Of a stretch of 64,000 bases of DNA, positions 13,101 through 25,170 are shown one piece after another (positions within the stretch are counted from its first letter, which is position 1; each line of letters begins with the position of its first letter). The stretch spans positions 18,758,150-18,822,149 of the forward strand of contig NC_134026.1 in the NCBI RefSeq assembly GCF_964204645.1. Reading direction: 5' to 3'. The notes beneath the pieces were generated by a model that saw only the letters and a list, made by a program, of their open reading frames with translations, was not told the DNA's origin and did not search any database. Position numbers and translations under genes: made by a program. Source of the DNA: Tubulanus polymorphus (lineage: Eukaryota; Animalia; Nemertea).

Positions 13101-16100
13101 AATTTGACCGGTCTAAACTTGACCGGTCTAATTTGGAACTTAAACTAGTTCTTAAACTATTTATTTGTGGTCTTGTCAAAGATATACTTTCGTTTGACTA
13201 TAGTGAAAAATTTATTGCTCACCTACCAACCCATACAGAACCCTTTTGTGGTTTGTGAAAAAATGTGTGAATAGGTGGGGGCCAAGAAGAATAGAAAAAA
13301 GGCATTTCTCAGAGAAAGCAGCTGCATGCGTCAAATGTCACCGGTGGGGGCCACCCGCGATGTTAAATATTTTTGGAGAAATCCATCCGAAAAGATATAA
13401 TTTCACGTTTTAATCATCTCACTCTTGGCGAAAGGAGCAACTTCCATGGGGAAGGCAGGGCTCCGGACCCGAAACTACCCCCAAAATCCACCTCTGTAGA
13501 AACAATATCAACCAAATTTAAAACCTGTGTGCCAGATATATTTCAAGAGATGATATATGCCAAAGCACTCTGCGTCCAATGACACCAGATTCAAATTATT
13601 TTGGCAACTGCATTAGATGCGATGGCGAAGACAACATAACCCTTTATGGAATTGATACATTAGATGTTCAATAGCATGAAACTGACTTTTATTTGTTCAT
13701 TCATGATTTTGTAGATTTAATCCTAGTGATTTGATAAAGATTGTTCAATGTAAAGCGGACGGACTGGGTTTGATTATCGATCTGACGAACACGAATAGAT
13801 ACTATAATCGCGAGGTTTGTATGATTTATTCTGCTCATGAAAACATAACACAAGCTATGAGAGCTGGTAACCAAGTGGTCTTTTTTCAATGTTCCTACTT
13901 GTCTCATCAATTCATGAGCTTATTCCTGGGTTGTTGAGGATATAAGTTATAACGAACGCTTGCCTAATTCTTCAGGAAATTATAAAACATGGAGTTGAAT
14001 ACAAGAAAATACATACCGAAGGCCAAAAAGTACCGAGTAAAAAAGTGCAGGAAAGGTAAAGATTATTGTTTGTAATAGAATTTAGATACCTGTTCCTGGT
14101 ACATGAATATTGTAAGATACCTGTTCCTGGTTCATGTATGTTGACTTCGTGTTCCTTCCTATTTTTGCAGTTTCATGAATGCTGTTGATGAATTCTTGCA
14201 GAAAAATAGTGATAACCGTAAGTTTATATACAACATATACAAAGGACTCTTTTATGGAATATTGGGAGTTTTAGCAAACTGTTCTGAATTCAGAAATCTT
14301 TATTTTCTCTATATCGGTATGTATTAATTGTCCTGATGGAAGCATTGATTACTAATTATCAATCGCACAGATACTTCATCATTGCTTGTCAGGGTTTTGC
14401 ATCGTGTGCAAGATTCGAGCCAACATGCGCCATCGCTGAATTCCCTTCCTTTGCCTATTCTCAAAAACGTTTTGGCAAAAATTGTGCAAAGTATACCATT
14501 GGATAAACAAACGGACTGATCTCCACAGAGCAGTTACCAGATATTTCTTCAGAATTTGTATAAGGTGATTCAATTTAGAAAGTTTTGGGCAGTACAGTTG
14601 TCCCATATAGTTTACCATAATTGGGGCATTAGCTGGGCAGTTAACAACAATCATTTAAGTAAATTGTTTAACCATCCACATGGACAATTGAACGATTTGA
14701 TTTTATGGAAGTCAGTCGATTGTCTAATGCTGCTTTCTTTCCCTTTCAATGAATGCTTGAAGTTACTTAACATGTAATACTTTAATGAAATTGATTCTGT
14801 TACAGAAAAGCTGATAGGTATTCATTGTACACATGGGGTCAACCGAACAGGATACCTAGTCTGCAGGTTTGTACGGTTTTCGAACCCAATGACATCGAGA
14901 TTACCACGGTATGAAACCCTGCCTCTCTAGACTGAGTGCGCAGCTTAGATGGCGTTATAATTAGACAATCAGAAATCCTGTTTTGTTTTAGCCCGACGTT
15001 TCCATTTATAGTTAATGTATGAAATTTGCCTCAGCGAATAGGTCTATACAACGGGCATCTGATTGGTGCCGCAAGAAAACCTGCAGCAAACCTGCACCTG
15101 GGCACCCATTCTTGTGTGGCAGGGTTTCATGCCGTGGCTGAGTCTAGCATTAAAGTTCAAATCCCTGCCTGGGGAGGATGACTTTTAGTAGGCCATGAAA
15201 AATATTTAACTTATAATCTATAAACTGTCGGATAGATTTATGATATCAGAAGTTTTCGGATTTTGACTTTTCATGGGCTTATAATTCTATTTTTCTCATT
15301 TTTTGAAAGGTATATGATAGACAGAATGAATTTCGATGCAGAAACAGCTATAAAAGGTTATAAAAATCTTTGGAAAATCAAACATCTCTGATATATCCCA
15401 ATGCTCTCAGAAGATAAACAGTACAGCTTGCTTCATTTTGATCATTATGATTTGGGACCAATTCAATAAATCAGTTTATGAGATATCCGGATTAAACGTC
15501 AGATTCTATATACATTTTGGAGTAGGTGGCTCATGAATTATATGCAGATTAGATCAAGCTAGATTTCACTGATCTGAATAAACGAGTTTGACTGTACTTT
15601 CTATTGGCACCGTACCTTGTATAGGTAGAATACCAATTATTTTATTAATTTGATGTTTTCAGCTTTCAATGATGCGAGAGGCCACGAAATGGAACGACCA
15701 CATTACCTCGCTGATCTACGCGGTGAACCTTAGTAAGTCTTCTAAAACCCTTGTACAATGAAATCTTAAGTTAGTGGAACTCATTAATATTGAAAGAGGC
15801 TGGTGGCATCTGAAATAAACGTCGAGGGACACTGGAGTGGAAAAAAGATATTTTTGGGCCTCATGAGGCATAGCCTACATTTTGGATGCTAATTTATTTC
15901 GGAAATGTTCAACGGTTTTGGAACGCAATGTATGTCAACAGGAATGTATACTGGGTATTCATCGAGCTTTGTACTGCATTTACGTTGTTTCTAACACTTG
16001 AATTTGTAGTGTGGACCCACCCGACAAGAGGACGCATAGGATGGAAGAGCAAGGAAAACAACATAGACAGCAGCAGCAGCAACAGCAAGATGTGAACGAA

Positions 16101-16912
16101 TACTGGAATCCAGAACATAGTGAGAGGGATGATCATTGGCGGGTAAATGATGACAGGTAAATTCATGATAATCTAGTCTTCATTAATTCAATTAAGAGTA
16201 ATACACCAGCATAATACAGAGCAGGTAATCTGATCTGGATGTTATTTGCAGTCCAGCTGTTCATAGATTTATGTTTTTAAAACTAGTCAGGTTTTCTGTC
16301 CGCCTGTCTTTCCATCCATGTGGTGGATCATGTCTTGTTTCCTGTTGTATTTGGATGAATATTCAGGGTATTGGTATTGCTCAAGTTAGATCTTTTGGGA
16401 CCATGAAGATGTGTCCAACTTGAGTGACATCCGAATTAGTAGTAATACAGGCATTTCATTTGCCCAGCAGACCTTAAGCCGCTCGATTTCACAAAGAGTT
16501 GGATGTGTTACTTGAATAGTGTCACAAAAAATATTTCTACAAAGTCTATTTGTCTTTCTGAACATTCATTAGGATGGAACATGACTGGCGGGAGCAGCGC
16601 GAGACGAATATTGGTGGCGGTTACAACGATCGAAATCAATATGGCTACGACGACGGCTACTCAAGACATGGATACAGCGACTATGGATGGCGTCATTCAC
16701 GACATTCAGTACCGTATCACAGCAACAATTGCGGCAGGAACAGTTTCCGCTATGGACGACAGAACAGTTACCACTATGGACAACAAAATAGATACCGGTA
16801 CGAACCTAGGTCTTACGAACGGTCGTATGACTTTACGCAGGATACGTTTGACGATCGTCCGAGTTCATCGAAGAGATCTAGAGAAGGTTTAGGTCGCCGT
16901 AGAACGCCGTAA
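7185..16912 (+). CDS. DUSP11: RNA/RNP complex-1-interacting phosphatase (DUSP11/PIR1), RNA 5'-tri/diphosphatase, ~341 aa
   Basis: Exons 7185-7210, 9926-10001, 12854-12885, 13715-13814, 13976-14055, 14171-14217, 14806-14866, 15310-15356, 15663-15732, 16010-16156, 16573-16912; all GT-AG and phase-consistent. Translation includes IPNRWEPYTPCGEPIEGTRFISFKVPLK, LGLIIDLTNTNRYY, the P-loop IGIHCTHGVNRTGYLVCRY and ARGHEMERPHY. No guanylyltransferase domain follows, so it is not RNGTT. Confidence 0.93.
10155..11990 (+). mobile_element. Old, interrupted copy of the HINE/DINE-1-like family in DUSP11 intron 2
   Basis: The 5' end TTTTTAGTCCACTTGGGAATTAAGTCTCAGAGGGCTATTGC and segments at ~10965-11040 and ~11550-11990 match the element at 18336-19594; ends in CCCCTAGT. 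Confidence 0.65.
10307..10964. mobile_element. Foldback/MITE carrying a 50-bp minisatellite, nested in the HINE copy
   Basis: Imperfect inverted arms (e.g. GCAATGCGCCAGAGATC / GATCTCTTAACATTGC; GGTTAGTTTTGCTTGC / GCAAGTAAAACTAAC) surround ~5 copies of CCTTATATAAAGTGGCTGGGATCGACGGACTGGGTGTGTGCGTGGATTAC at ~10510-10780. Confidence 0.7.
14880..15183. mobile_element. Copy of the MITE family best preserved at 28116-28463
   Basis: Shares CTAGAC.GAGTGCGCAGC, CAATCAGA.ATCC.GTTTT and the terminal GTTCAAATCCCTGCCTGGGGAGGATGAC. Confidence 0.7.
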
Positions 16913-16970
16913 TGTGACTAATGAATAATCTTTATCGATTTAATGCACGAAAAGTTAGGTATTTAATTTC

Positions 16971-16976
16971 AATAAA
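16971..16976 (+). terminator. Probable DUSP11 polyadenylation signal
   Basis: AATAAA ~60 nt after the TAA stop, followed by a T-rich stretch. Confidence 0.55.
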
Positions 16977-18335
16977 GAATTTTTTAACTACCGGGTACAC
17001 ATGGAGAATAGTCAATTTTAGAATTCTTCAGTCAGTTACATGGATAACGCCTCGTTTTTATGCCAGAGCTCCCTTGACGCCAACATATTTGTGAGAACAA
17101 ACATGGCAAATCCAACTCGAAATTCAATGAAATTACCATCTCCTTAACAAGGGGGATGTCTCAAATCGAACCTATTGCAAATTAGCAACACAAATTGAAC
17201 AGCGGACTCTCACTCAGACATAATTGCAAACTATGATTCAAAACACAGGATGAATTTAAATCCTTATTTTCATGGAAAATTCATCAGAAGCTACATGTAT
17301 TACCCATCAAATTGAATTGTAACTCGCAATTTTCTGGACGTATCGGCCCCACTCCGCGCTGCTGCGCCACCGCGCGGGATTTACGCGAAGCAGCAAACAC
17401 AAACATGGCCACTCTCTCAATTTTCAATAATAGAAATCGTGTGTGCATTTCAATTATTTCGGCTGTTAGGGTTTTAAGGCACAATATAAGTTGATGATGT
17501 GATATGGCGATGTTAATTAATGATAATTCCACAGTGAAGCTAGTCACGAACGGTGCCGATTGAGTGTACAGCTGCCAAAAACACTGAAATGTGCGTAGTT
17601 GCGTATTTGCAGTGAATTGCAGACGAAACATGAAGCCTTAACGGCCGTTTAAAAAAAAATTATACCAATCGCAATTGTAAAATGAAAATGAGATAGAACC
17701 TAAGTTAAAATTCTGGCCATTTCTAAAATGTTATTACTAATTTTTAGTCAGTGCGGAACATTTAGTTTTCCAACAATAATGAGGGGTGGAAGGTAGTCAT
17801 GCAATTCAAGTCATCATTTATTACACGTTACTTCCGTGTTGTTGAAAATCTCGCGAGTCCTGGACCAAACCCCATTGAACAATGTGATCTGTGTGCTGGC
17901 CACAAATGCACACAGATCACACTGCACTACCCATTACACACTCCAGTACCCACAGCTTTCATATATCCATCCAAATATTTAGAGTGTCTTTCTTCCTGGA
18001 TTCTAAAACTAAAACCAACTTGTGTCACAATCAGTATTTGTTAGATTTTCAAAAAATGTTACCGGACATGATGTGATCTTTTGACATTTCTAGTTTATTT
18101 GATTTTACTAATGATACTTATTGGGTTATTCCCATTTTCTAGACAGGTTACAAAGGTGTCATGAAGTGCTTAAAAAACAAAGTGATAGCTTTTTCAACCA
18201 AGTTTTGGGTCTAGTTTTAAGGACATACATCTCCTAAATGTGCATTTGTCAAGTGATAAACGTTGCGCACTTGGCGGCTGAAAAATCATGTTTGATTTTT
18301 GTGACTTTGATCTTCGCAAATGAAAAACAAATGCT

Positions 18336-19594
18336 TTTTAGCCCACTTTGGACTTTAGTCCCAGCGGGCTATTGCGTTCACTTTTCGTCCGTCGTCCGTC
18401 CGTCCGTCCGTAGACAGAATCCAGTTATTTTGGCTGGTTTTGAAGACGCTTCAAGGTAATGTCTTGATATTTGGGTTACACATGTATCTACCCTAGACAC
18501 ATCTTCAGCCCAAAAACTGGCCCTGTCAGATTCAAGATGGCCGACTGGCAGCCATTGTTGTTCGCCAAAATCAGCACTTTTTACACATTTTTGAACTTTT
18601 TGAGGGAAATTTTGAAGACGCTTTGATCAATCTTTCGGATTATGTGAATTCCCCCAGGGCCCATCAGCATAACAAACATTGGGTCGATCGGATTCAAGAT
18701 GGCCGTCCTATGACATTTTTAGTGCCCAAAAATGTTAATTTTGGCCCAAATTCTGAGTCCTGTAGCTTCCTACTGGTTTATCATTTCTCATTGCAATTTG
18801 TGATGGGTATTCTTTGGAAAGGGATGTTTTATACCTGAGACAGGTATTTTTCATCAGCCAATTATGACGCAATTGGCGGCCATCTTGGTGTCAGCAGTAC
18901 TCATTCGTAAGTGGGAAAAAGTTTTTCCACATTATATTGATACCTAAGCGTATTTTGTTACCACAATTATTTAGAAAGTTGCAGCTCATAACGTGTTCTA
19001 TGATTGTGGTGAGTTTCGAGGTCATTGGTTTTTGTATATGGCCACCAGGGGGCGTTGAATAATGCAATATCTTAGATTTCTATATTATATTCGTATCAAT
19101 GCATATTTTGTAACCACAATCAATTGCAAAGTTGTAGCTCATGACATCATCTATGATTGTGGCAAGTTTTAAGGCCATTATTTATTCTATATGGTCACCA
19201 GGGGGCGTTGAATAGTAGAATAACTTAGTATTTCCTTATTATATTGGTACTTAGGCATATTTTGTTACCATGATCAATTACAAAGTTATAGTTCGTGACA
19301 TGTTCTATGATTGTGGTGAGTTTCAAGGTCATTGGGTTTTGAATATGGTCACCAGGGGGCGTTGAATAGTAGAATAACTTAGTATTTCCATATTTAAGTG
19401 GTAACGAGGCATATTTTGTTATCACAATCAATTACAAAATCGTAGCTGCTGACATGTTCTATGATTGTGGTGAGTTTCAAGGTCATTGGATTCTATATAT
19501 GGTCACCAGGAGGCGTTGAATATTGAAATTGTTAGATTGTTGAGCATTTGGAACCACTTCTCAAGTGGGCATGGTGTCCCTGGACCCCTAGTTT
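18336..19594 (+). mobile_element. Full-length Helentron-associated non-autonomous element (HINE/DINE-1-like), copy 1
   Basis: T-rich ends; 5' subTIR GCCCACTT with nearby inverted partner AGCGGGCT; (GTCC)n microsatellite at ~18386-18410; four ~154-bp internal tandem repeats; 3' subTIR AAGTGGGC plus hairpin GGTGTCC-CT-GGACCCC and CTAGTTT. Closely similar inverted copy at 61591-62962. Confidence 0.85.
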
Positions 19595-19726
19595 CTGAGT
19601 GAAACAACAATTGAGTGATTCATGTGACTCATGCCCGAATTTTGTTGCTAAAAATTGGTTGAATGTGTTTATTAGATTTTTAGATGTCAGTGACACGTTT
19701 GCACGTATTTTCTAATGGACCAAAGG

Positions 19727-20758
19727 CTACTTCTTAGCCGCAGCTAAAAACATGCATAAAAGGTCAATAGTGACGTTTTTGAAATTGTTATTTGTGAAAC
19801 AATATATGAAAAAGTTCATTGTGGAATTTAGAATTGTCAAAGCTAAAAATGCTTTCCTTATGACCAATAGTTGATCGCGAGTTAAACCAATAAATACAGT
19901 CTTATTTATAATAGGCTCAATCCTGTCTATACAGCCGGGTACTTCACAAAACAGAAACACAATCACCATTACCGTGACCATCCTCAATATTCTTCTCTCC
20001 TGGCTCCTAGTTCTATTGGATTTAATAGAACTCATTTTATTTCTAGCTAAACTGGCCACAAATAACAATATCATGATTGAAATGTTAATAAAAATCAAAA
20101 GTACTGTCGGAAGAAATAGAGTTCCATAGAAAAATGATAAATGATAGAATTGAAGCGTTGGGAATTTTGGTAATGAAAATGCACTTTGTCCAATATTCAG
20201 AAAACATCTAGCATGCACCCAAATTATTGGACTGCCTAATGGCACATAAAATGCCCAGAATGTAAATCCACTCATAATGGTTACAACTACACTCGTAATA
20301 TTATAGATTCTAACATCCGAAAATATTTGATACCTCAATGGGAAAAGGATGACAAGGAGTCTGGCTAAACTGACCTGTGGGACAGCCCAGTTCCTCGACA
20401 TTTGAAACGTGAAGAAAAGTGGCCTTGCGAAGATGATAAACCATGCACCGAACCACCAATCGTCGAAACGAAAAACTAAATCTCCTAGTCGTGTGTAGAT
20501 ATAAAGTGTCCTCATTGGATACATAACAAAAACTGTCACCGAAAATAACAAATCGAATACAGCTAAGATCTTCACCGGGTGCAAAGCGATACTTTGCATA
20601 CGAGCAAGAACAATGATAGTGAGGATGTTCAACACTATACCAATAAATGATAGCGGTCCATACACGCATAGATACATCAGTACACTAAATTTGTAATCCC
20701 ATCGTTTGGGAGGCAAAGATCCGCATTTTTCTTCATCTGGCATCGTATCATTTTCCAT
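19727..20758 (-). CDS. Intronless rhodopsin-class (class A) GPCR, FMRFamide/sex-peptide-receptor-like, 343 aa
   Basis: Seven hydrophobic segments; TM1 GIVLN, TM2 LAVFD, TM3 end SLARLLVILFPLR, TM6 FLFCEVP, TM7 NSTMNFFIY followed by helix-8 NNNFK; N-terminal NDT sequon. Confidence 0.9.
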   Translation of the reverse strand: MENDTMPDEEKCGSLPPKRWDYKFSVLMYLCVYGPLSFIGIVLNILTIIVLARMQSIALHPVKILAVFDLLFSVTVFVMYPMRTLYIYTRLGDLVFRFDDWWFGAWFIIFARPLFFTFQMSRNWAVPQVSLARLLVILFPLRYQIFSDVRIYNITSVVVTIMSGFTFWAFYVPLGSPIIWVHARCFLNIGQSAFSLPKFPTLQFYHLSFFYGTLFLPTVLLIFINISIMILLFVASLARNKMSSIKSNRTRSQERRILRMVTVMVIVFLFCEVPGCIDRIEPIINKTVFIGLTRDQLLVIRKAFLALTILNSTMNFFIYCFTNNNFKNVTIDLLCMFLAAAKK

Positions 20759-21404
20759 TTTACCAAAAGCTATAACAGTTTTCAGTGACTCGAGTTACAA
20801 TCACTGAAGTCTTCTTAATGAACTGAATTTCTCGTCCATTAGCTGAATCTACATTCAGAAGCGTTGTTAAGATAAAACACTTTTAAGTAGTTTCGAATGC
20901 CCCTGGGCAATGCAGGTTATATTATGCGTAGCGAAATCAGTAATGGTACTTAAGTACAGCATAGACATTTCTATACCTTTAGTTTGAAAAAAAATGTTGC
21001 CAAAATCGCATAAATCAGAAATTGCAATTTCAACGAGTGAATAGTTCTTCATAGCATACTATAAAGTATTCAACAACTATCCTGATTTTTCATGATGAAT
21101 TAACTGTCTGATTCTGGTAAAATACATGTATATCATATAAAACAATTTAACCATGTTTAATCTTACTTGAACATCAATGGGAAATACTGTTGAAGAACGG
21201 TGTTATAATTCACCCCAATATCAAATACAGCCAATAGAGAATATTGGTGCTGAATCGTTAAAAGTACCGTATTGATTTTAGAGGTGAGTAATGATATCAA
21301 CGCTCGCAACTCGAGACATGACCCAAACGTTGTTTGTAAACTGGTCAATCAAGTCACTGTCAATGGATGATGTGGGTACTGCTGTGCTTCACATAGCACA
21401 ATTA

Positions 21405-21640
21405 CAGGGTGGCCACATACCTTGGAATCGGGAAAAGTCAGGGAATTTTCTTTTTCTTCAAAAAAGTCAGGGAATTTCGTAAGCTGAATCGGGGAAGTCA
21501 TGAAAATTTGTTGAGATCACGTGTGAAATCAAACAGCTTTCGTCTATGTCTTATGTGTCTGATTGTGTTAATTGATTGGATTCAGGGAAAACAACATACA
21601 TTGACCGGGAAAGTCAAGTGAAATATTAGTGGCCACCCTG
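21405..21640. mobile_element. MITE with CAGGGTGGCCAC TIRs
   Basis: CAGGGTGGCCAC ... GTGGCCACCCTG; flanks AATTA/TATTA (a 5-bp TSD with 1 mismatch); internal AAGTCAGGGAA repeats. Confidence 0.7.
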
Positions 21641-22064
21641 TATTAGAACTCGATATCGAATTAGCTGAAGACGATGGATGGAGACAATGTCTCAGAATCG
21701 TCTGAATAGTAATAAGCTTTTACTTTTCGCATAAACATGACCTCCATCTTCAGTGAACCCATGTGAAGTGAATCTAGATGTGATTCACCTGATGCACTTG
21801 TAGTATCCATCATCGCTTCTTATTCCTCCATCTTGATTTGTTTCATAGCATTTGCAGTCACGATTGCTGCATTCTTTAACATTTTTTGAAATCGACCTTT
21901 ACGAGATTGGCTCAGAAACAACCAAAGCGATCTTTTCACCGTTGCGAATGTTCTTTGAGTGTCGAATGTGTCACTTCATATTCAACAACTCATTTCATCA
22001 AGTGATTCATTAATGACAGTTGCCATCTATATGATTCACTTTCCCCATTTCCCTGTTCGAAGTA

Positions 22065-22628
22065 CAGTCAACCTCGGTTTATCCGTATCACTAGGGACTG
22101 AGCTTTTGAGTATGGATTAAGTGATGTACGAATAACAGATAGTCCTTAGTTCTACGAACTAATTATAATCCATATAAACAATGATTTGAGCGCATAATCT
22201 GTATTTTCAGATGTGTAAATTGTCAACTTAAAATCATGAGGCTACAATAAAGACACTTGAAAGCCTTATGAAACCAGGTACCATCATTAAATGGAGGACT
22301 ATGGCATTGATAGATTACATCAGAGTTTTCAGGAGTTTCATATTTCCCATTGACCACATTATTAGATAATAGTTGTTTATACACATTTCACTAAAAATGT
22401 ATGTTATCAACAGCTGATACGGATACACAAATGGTTTTACATAGAAATTGGGCTACGTGACCACAAATTTGTCTACGGAATAAGTGAAAATACGGATCAT
22501 GCAGTATGAATTAGGAGCAGAATTTTAAATAAATAACGTTACTTAAAAATGAGACTAATTTATTAATACTGAATAAGCTTTTATACGTTTAAGCATTTAA
22601 CTGGGGACGGATTAACCGAGGTTGACTG
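22065..22628. mobile_element. Tc1/mariner-pogo (Tigger-like) MITE
   Basis: TA|CAGTCAACCTCGGTTTATCCGT ... ACGGATTAACCGAGGTTGACTG|TA. Confidence 0.85.
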
Positions 22629-25170
22629 TAGTTGGGACTGACGTTACATTGATGACTTATTCATTGAATTAAAAATGGAAATTGGCACTCGAATGAATAG
22701 AAACAACATTTGTAAAGACATGACTTTCTATGATGATGAATCAATTTGATATTACTGTATTTGCTCTCAAATGAAAATGGACAAACTATTTTCAGCTGGT
22801 AGTCATATACCAGTTAATGTGAACATACATTCAAATGTTCAGCTTAAAAACAAGTGACTAGGATACTTTAAACAGTTGAACCTCACAAGTATGATGAATA
22901 TTATGAAATGCCAGATTATACAATGATTTCTTAACATTCAGACTCAAATATTTACAATGATCAATATTCATATTTTACAAATCCGGTCAAGTACAATAAT
23001 TTCAGATTGTTCCACAGGACTCGTACTAATGAGGTTTGATGGCTGTAGTTCATACTTTTAAAATGAATGTACAAATCATCTAAATACCATAGTGTACTAG
23101 GCTGTCCACCATTTAAAGTAGCAATCAATGTGTTTGTTGTAACGTACGTGCAGTAACACTTCAAAGAAACATTCTTCACAAAGCCTTGTAATGCAGGGCA
23201 TGAATAACTGAAACATTATTTTTCAAACAGAAAATGAGTCATTTAGGTAGATGTATACCTACAGGTTCTAAGGCTTAACTTGTGCACTTCTTTCACTGAA
23301 AAGTGAGTACTTTTCAAGCTATTTACTGGCTAAAATCACAGCGTAATTACGATCAGAATCACAATCAGCGCACTAAAACAAGATCCATGCTACTACAACA
23401 GTGTTTTCAATAAGAGCCAGGTCCCGGGTCCCAGACCCGTCTGTCGTTTTTTAAGGACCCAACTGTTTTTTTCAAACCAGCTTTCGTTTCAGGGACTGTG
23501 ACATATTATGGGACCCTCCTGTTTTTCGAAGGGACCTGGCTTCTTAATTCTTTACTAAAAACATTGACTAAACTACTCAAAAAAGCTAGTTTTTATTGAT
23601 AAAAATTGTGAAGACCTTTCAAAAAGTAGGCACTTTTTATGAAAAACAATTTAGTCAAGAGCGAGTTTTTCCAAATCTTTTCTGTAGTCAGCACTTTAAA
23701 GGTTACAATTTATTTCTGTAATGTATTTTCTCAAGAGTTCCCAAAATAGATGATTTTCACTTCTAAACATTCAATCTTCCCCAGACCTGCTACGTTAGTT
23801 ATGAATGAAGAGCAGCAACATGAATAAGATGTTGACTAATGAAATAACAGCTAGGAAGATTAAGTCCAGGTAAAATAAATCATAAGTCCAAAATATTCAA
23901 GAGAAAAAAGTATAAGACATAAGTATATGCTCAAAACCTTTAAGGTATTGACTCTAGAGATTCTATAGACAATTGAGTACCTTGTAACTCACCATAGGTA
24001 CTCGTTTATCAAACTCTTCTGTTCAACAATTGAGGTCATCACGAATCAAATGGAATAAATTTATTGTTTGAATACCATAATTATTTAGAGATGCATTCAC
24101 TGACCATACCATGTTTAACTCGCAGAGAAAAACCCACATGCATTGCTTCACCAATAAAACCTAGGTACTGGTAGCATACCGGTACCATGCACACAGTTTC
24201 CATTGATGAACAACAACTGATGAACAGATAAAACTTTTACTTTATGAAAGTTATATGTTGTACAAGCCATCATATTTGGGATCATCATTGTGTTGATGAC
24301 TAGTCTTTTAGTAAATTGAATTTGAAACAGATTAAATTTAGACTAAAAAATAAAGACAACTTAAGTAAGGCCACACAAAGAAATACCCTAGTTTCTCATC
24401 AAATTTTTTTTTGAAAAGTGATGAGGGCGGGCAAATTTTATTTTCATTGCTTTTTTTAAATAAAAAAGTTGAAAAAGGAGATGTATAGAGACATGGGAGG
24501 GAAGTTTTTTTTACCAGTGTATGTGTACAATTTAGGCTTGTTTATAATTGCTAAGTCTGGGAGGTACAGTTCATTGGACCTTTTAAACGCAACTGAAGTA
24601 GAAGCAATATTATAGTCAAACAGTCCCAGAAATTCCCTAATGAGTTGGGAGAAATAACGAAAAAATAAATATATAAAACATACACTATAAGTTTAGTTTA
24701 AATATTTCTATATACATGTATTAAAGATATTTACATACCGGTAGCTATGATCCAAATGTTCGCATTACATTGTATACTGGTAATATAGCATAGCTTAGCT
24801 ACTACTGGACCACATCTTATATTATAATAACAATTTGACCAAATATTACTGTGAATGGAAATGGTTGTTTAGATGGTCATGTTTTCTTCGTAGCAAGAGC
24901 CAGTTCCACAGGGTTGAAATCTGACATTTGAATTAAAACATCGAATATGAAAAATTCTTAACTTTCACTCACAGCTATGGAACTGCAGCTGGTAGATCAT
25001 ACTACTTAGTTGTACCGTAGATTAGACTTTCATTGCGACGATCAAATATAACTCTCCCCAACAGTTTATTACAATGTGAATTCCAATCAAATTGGATCCA
25101 AGAAATTCTTTACAAATATATCAACTGGGCACTATTTACAAATGAATTTGTTAAGTCCCTTCAAGGGGCA

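Noticed and set aside
16503-16892. 129-aa Thr-rich ORF in the track
   Set aside because: Alternative frame overlapping the DUSP11 last exon; splice phase supports the 16574-16912 frame.
7185-16912. mRNA capping enzyme RNGTT, which shares the HCTHGxNRTG triphosphatase motif
   Set aside because: No guanylyltransferase domain follows; the ORF ends in a low-complexity tail as in DUSP11.
20310-20669. 119-aa ORF overlapping the GPCR
   Set aside because: Shifted frame inside the real GPCR CDS; no motifs.
21660-21710. Third hammerhead-like motif (CTGAAGA...GAGAC/GTCTC...CGTC)
   Set aside because: Core spacing is wrong and GAAA is absent; too degenerate.
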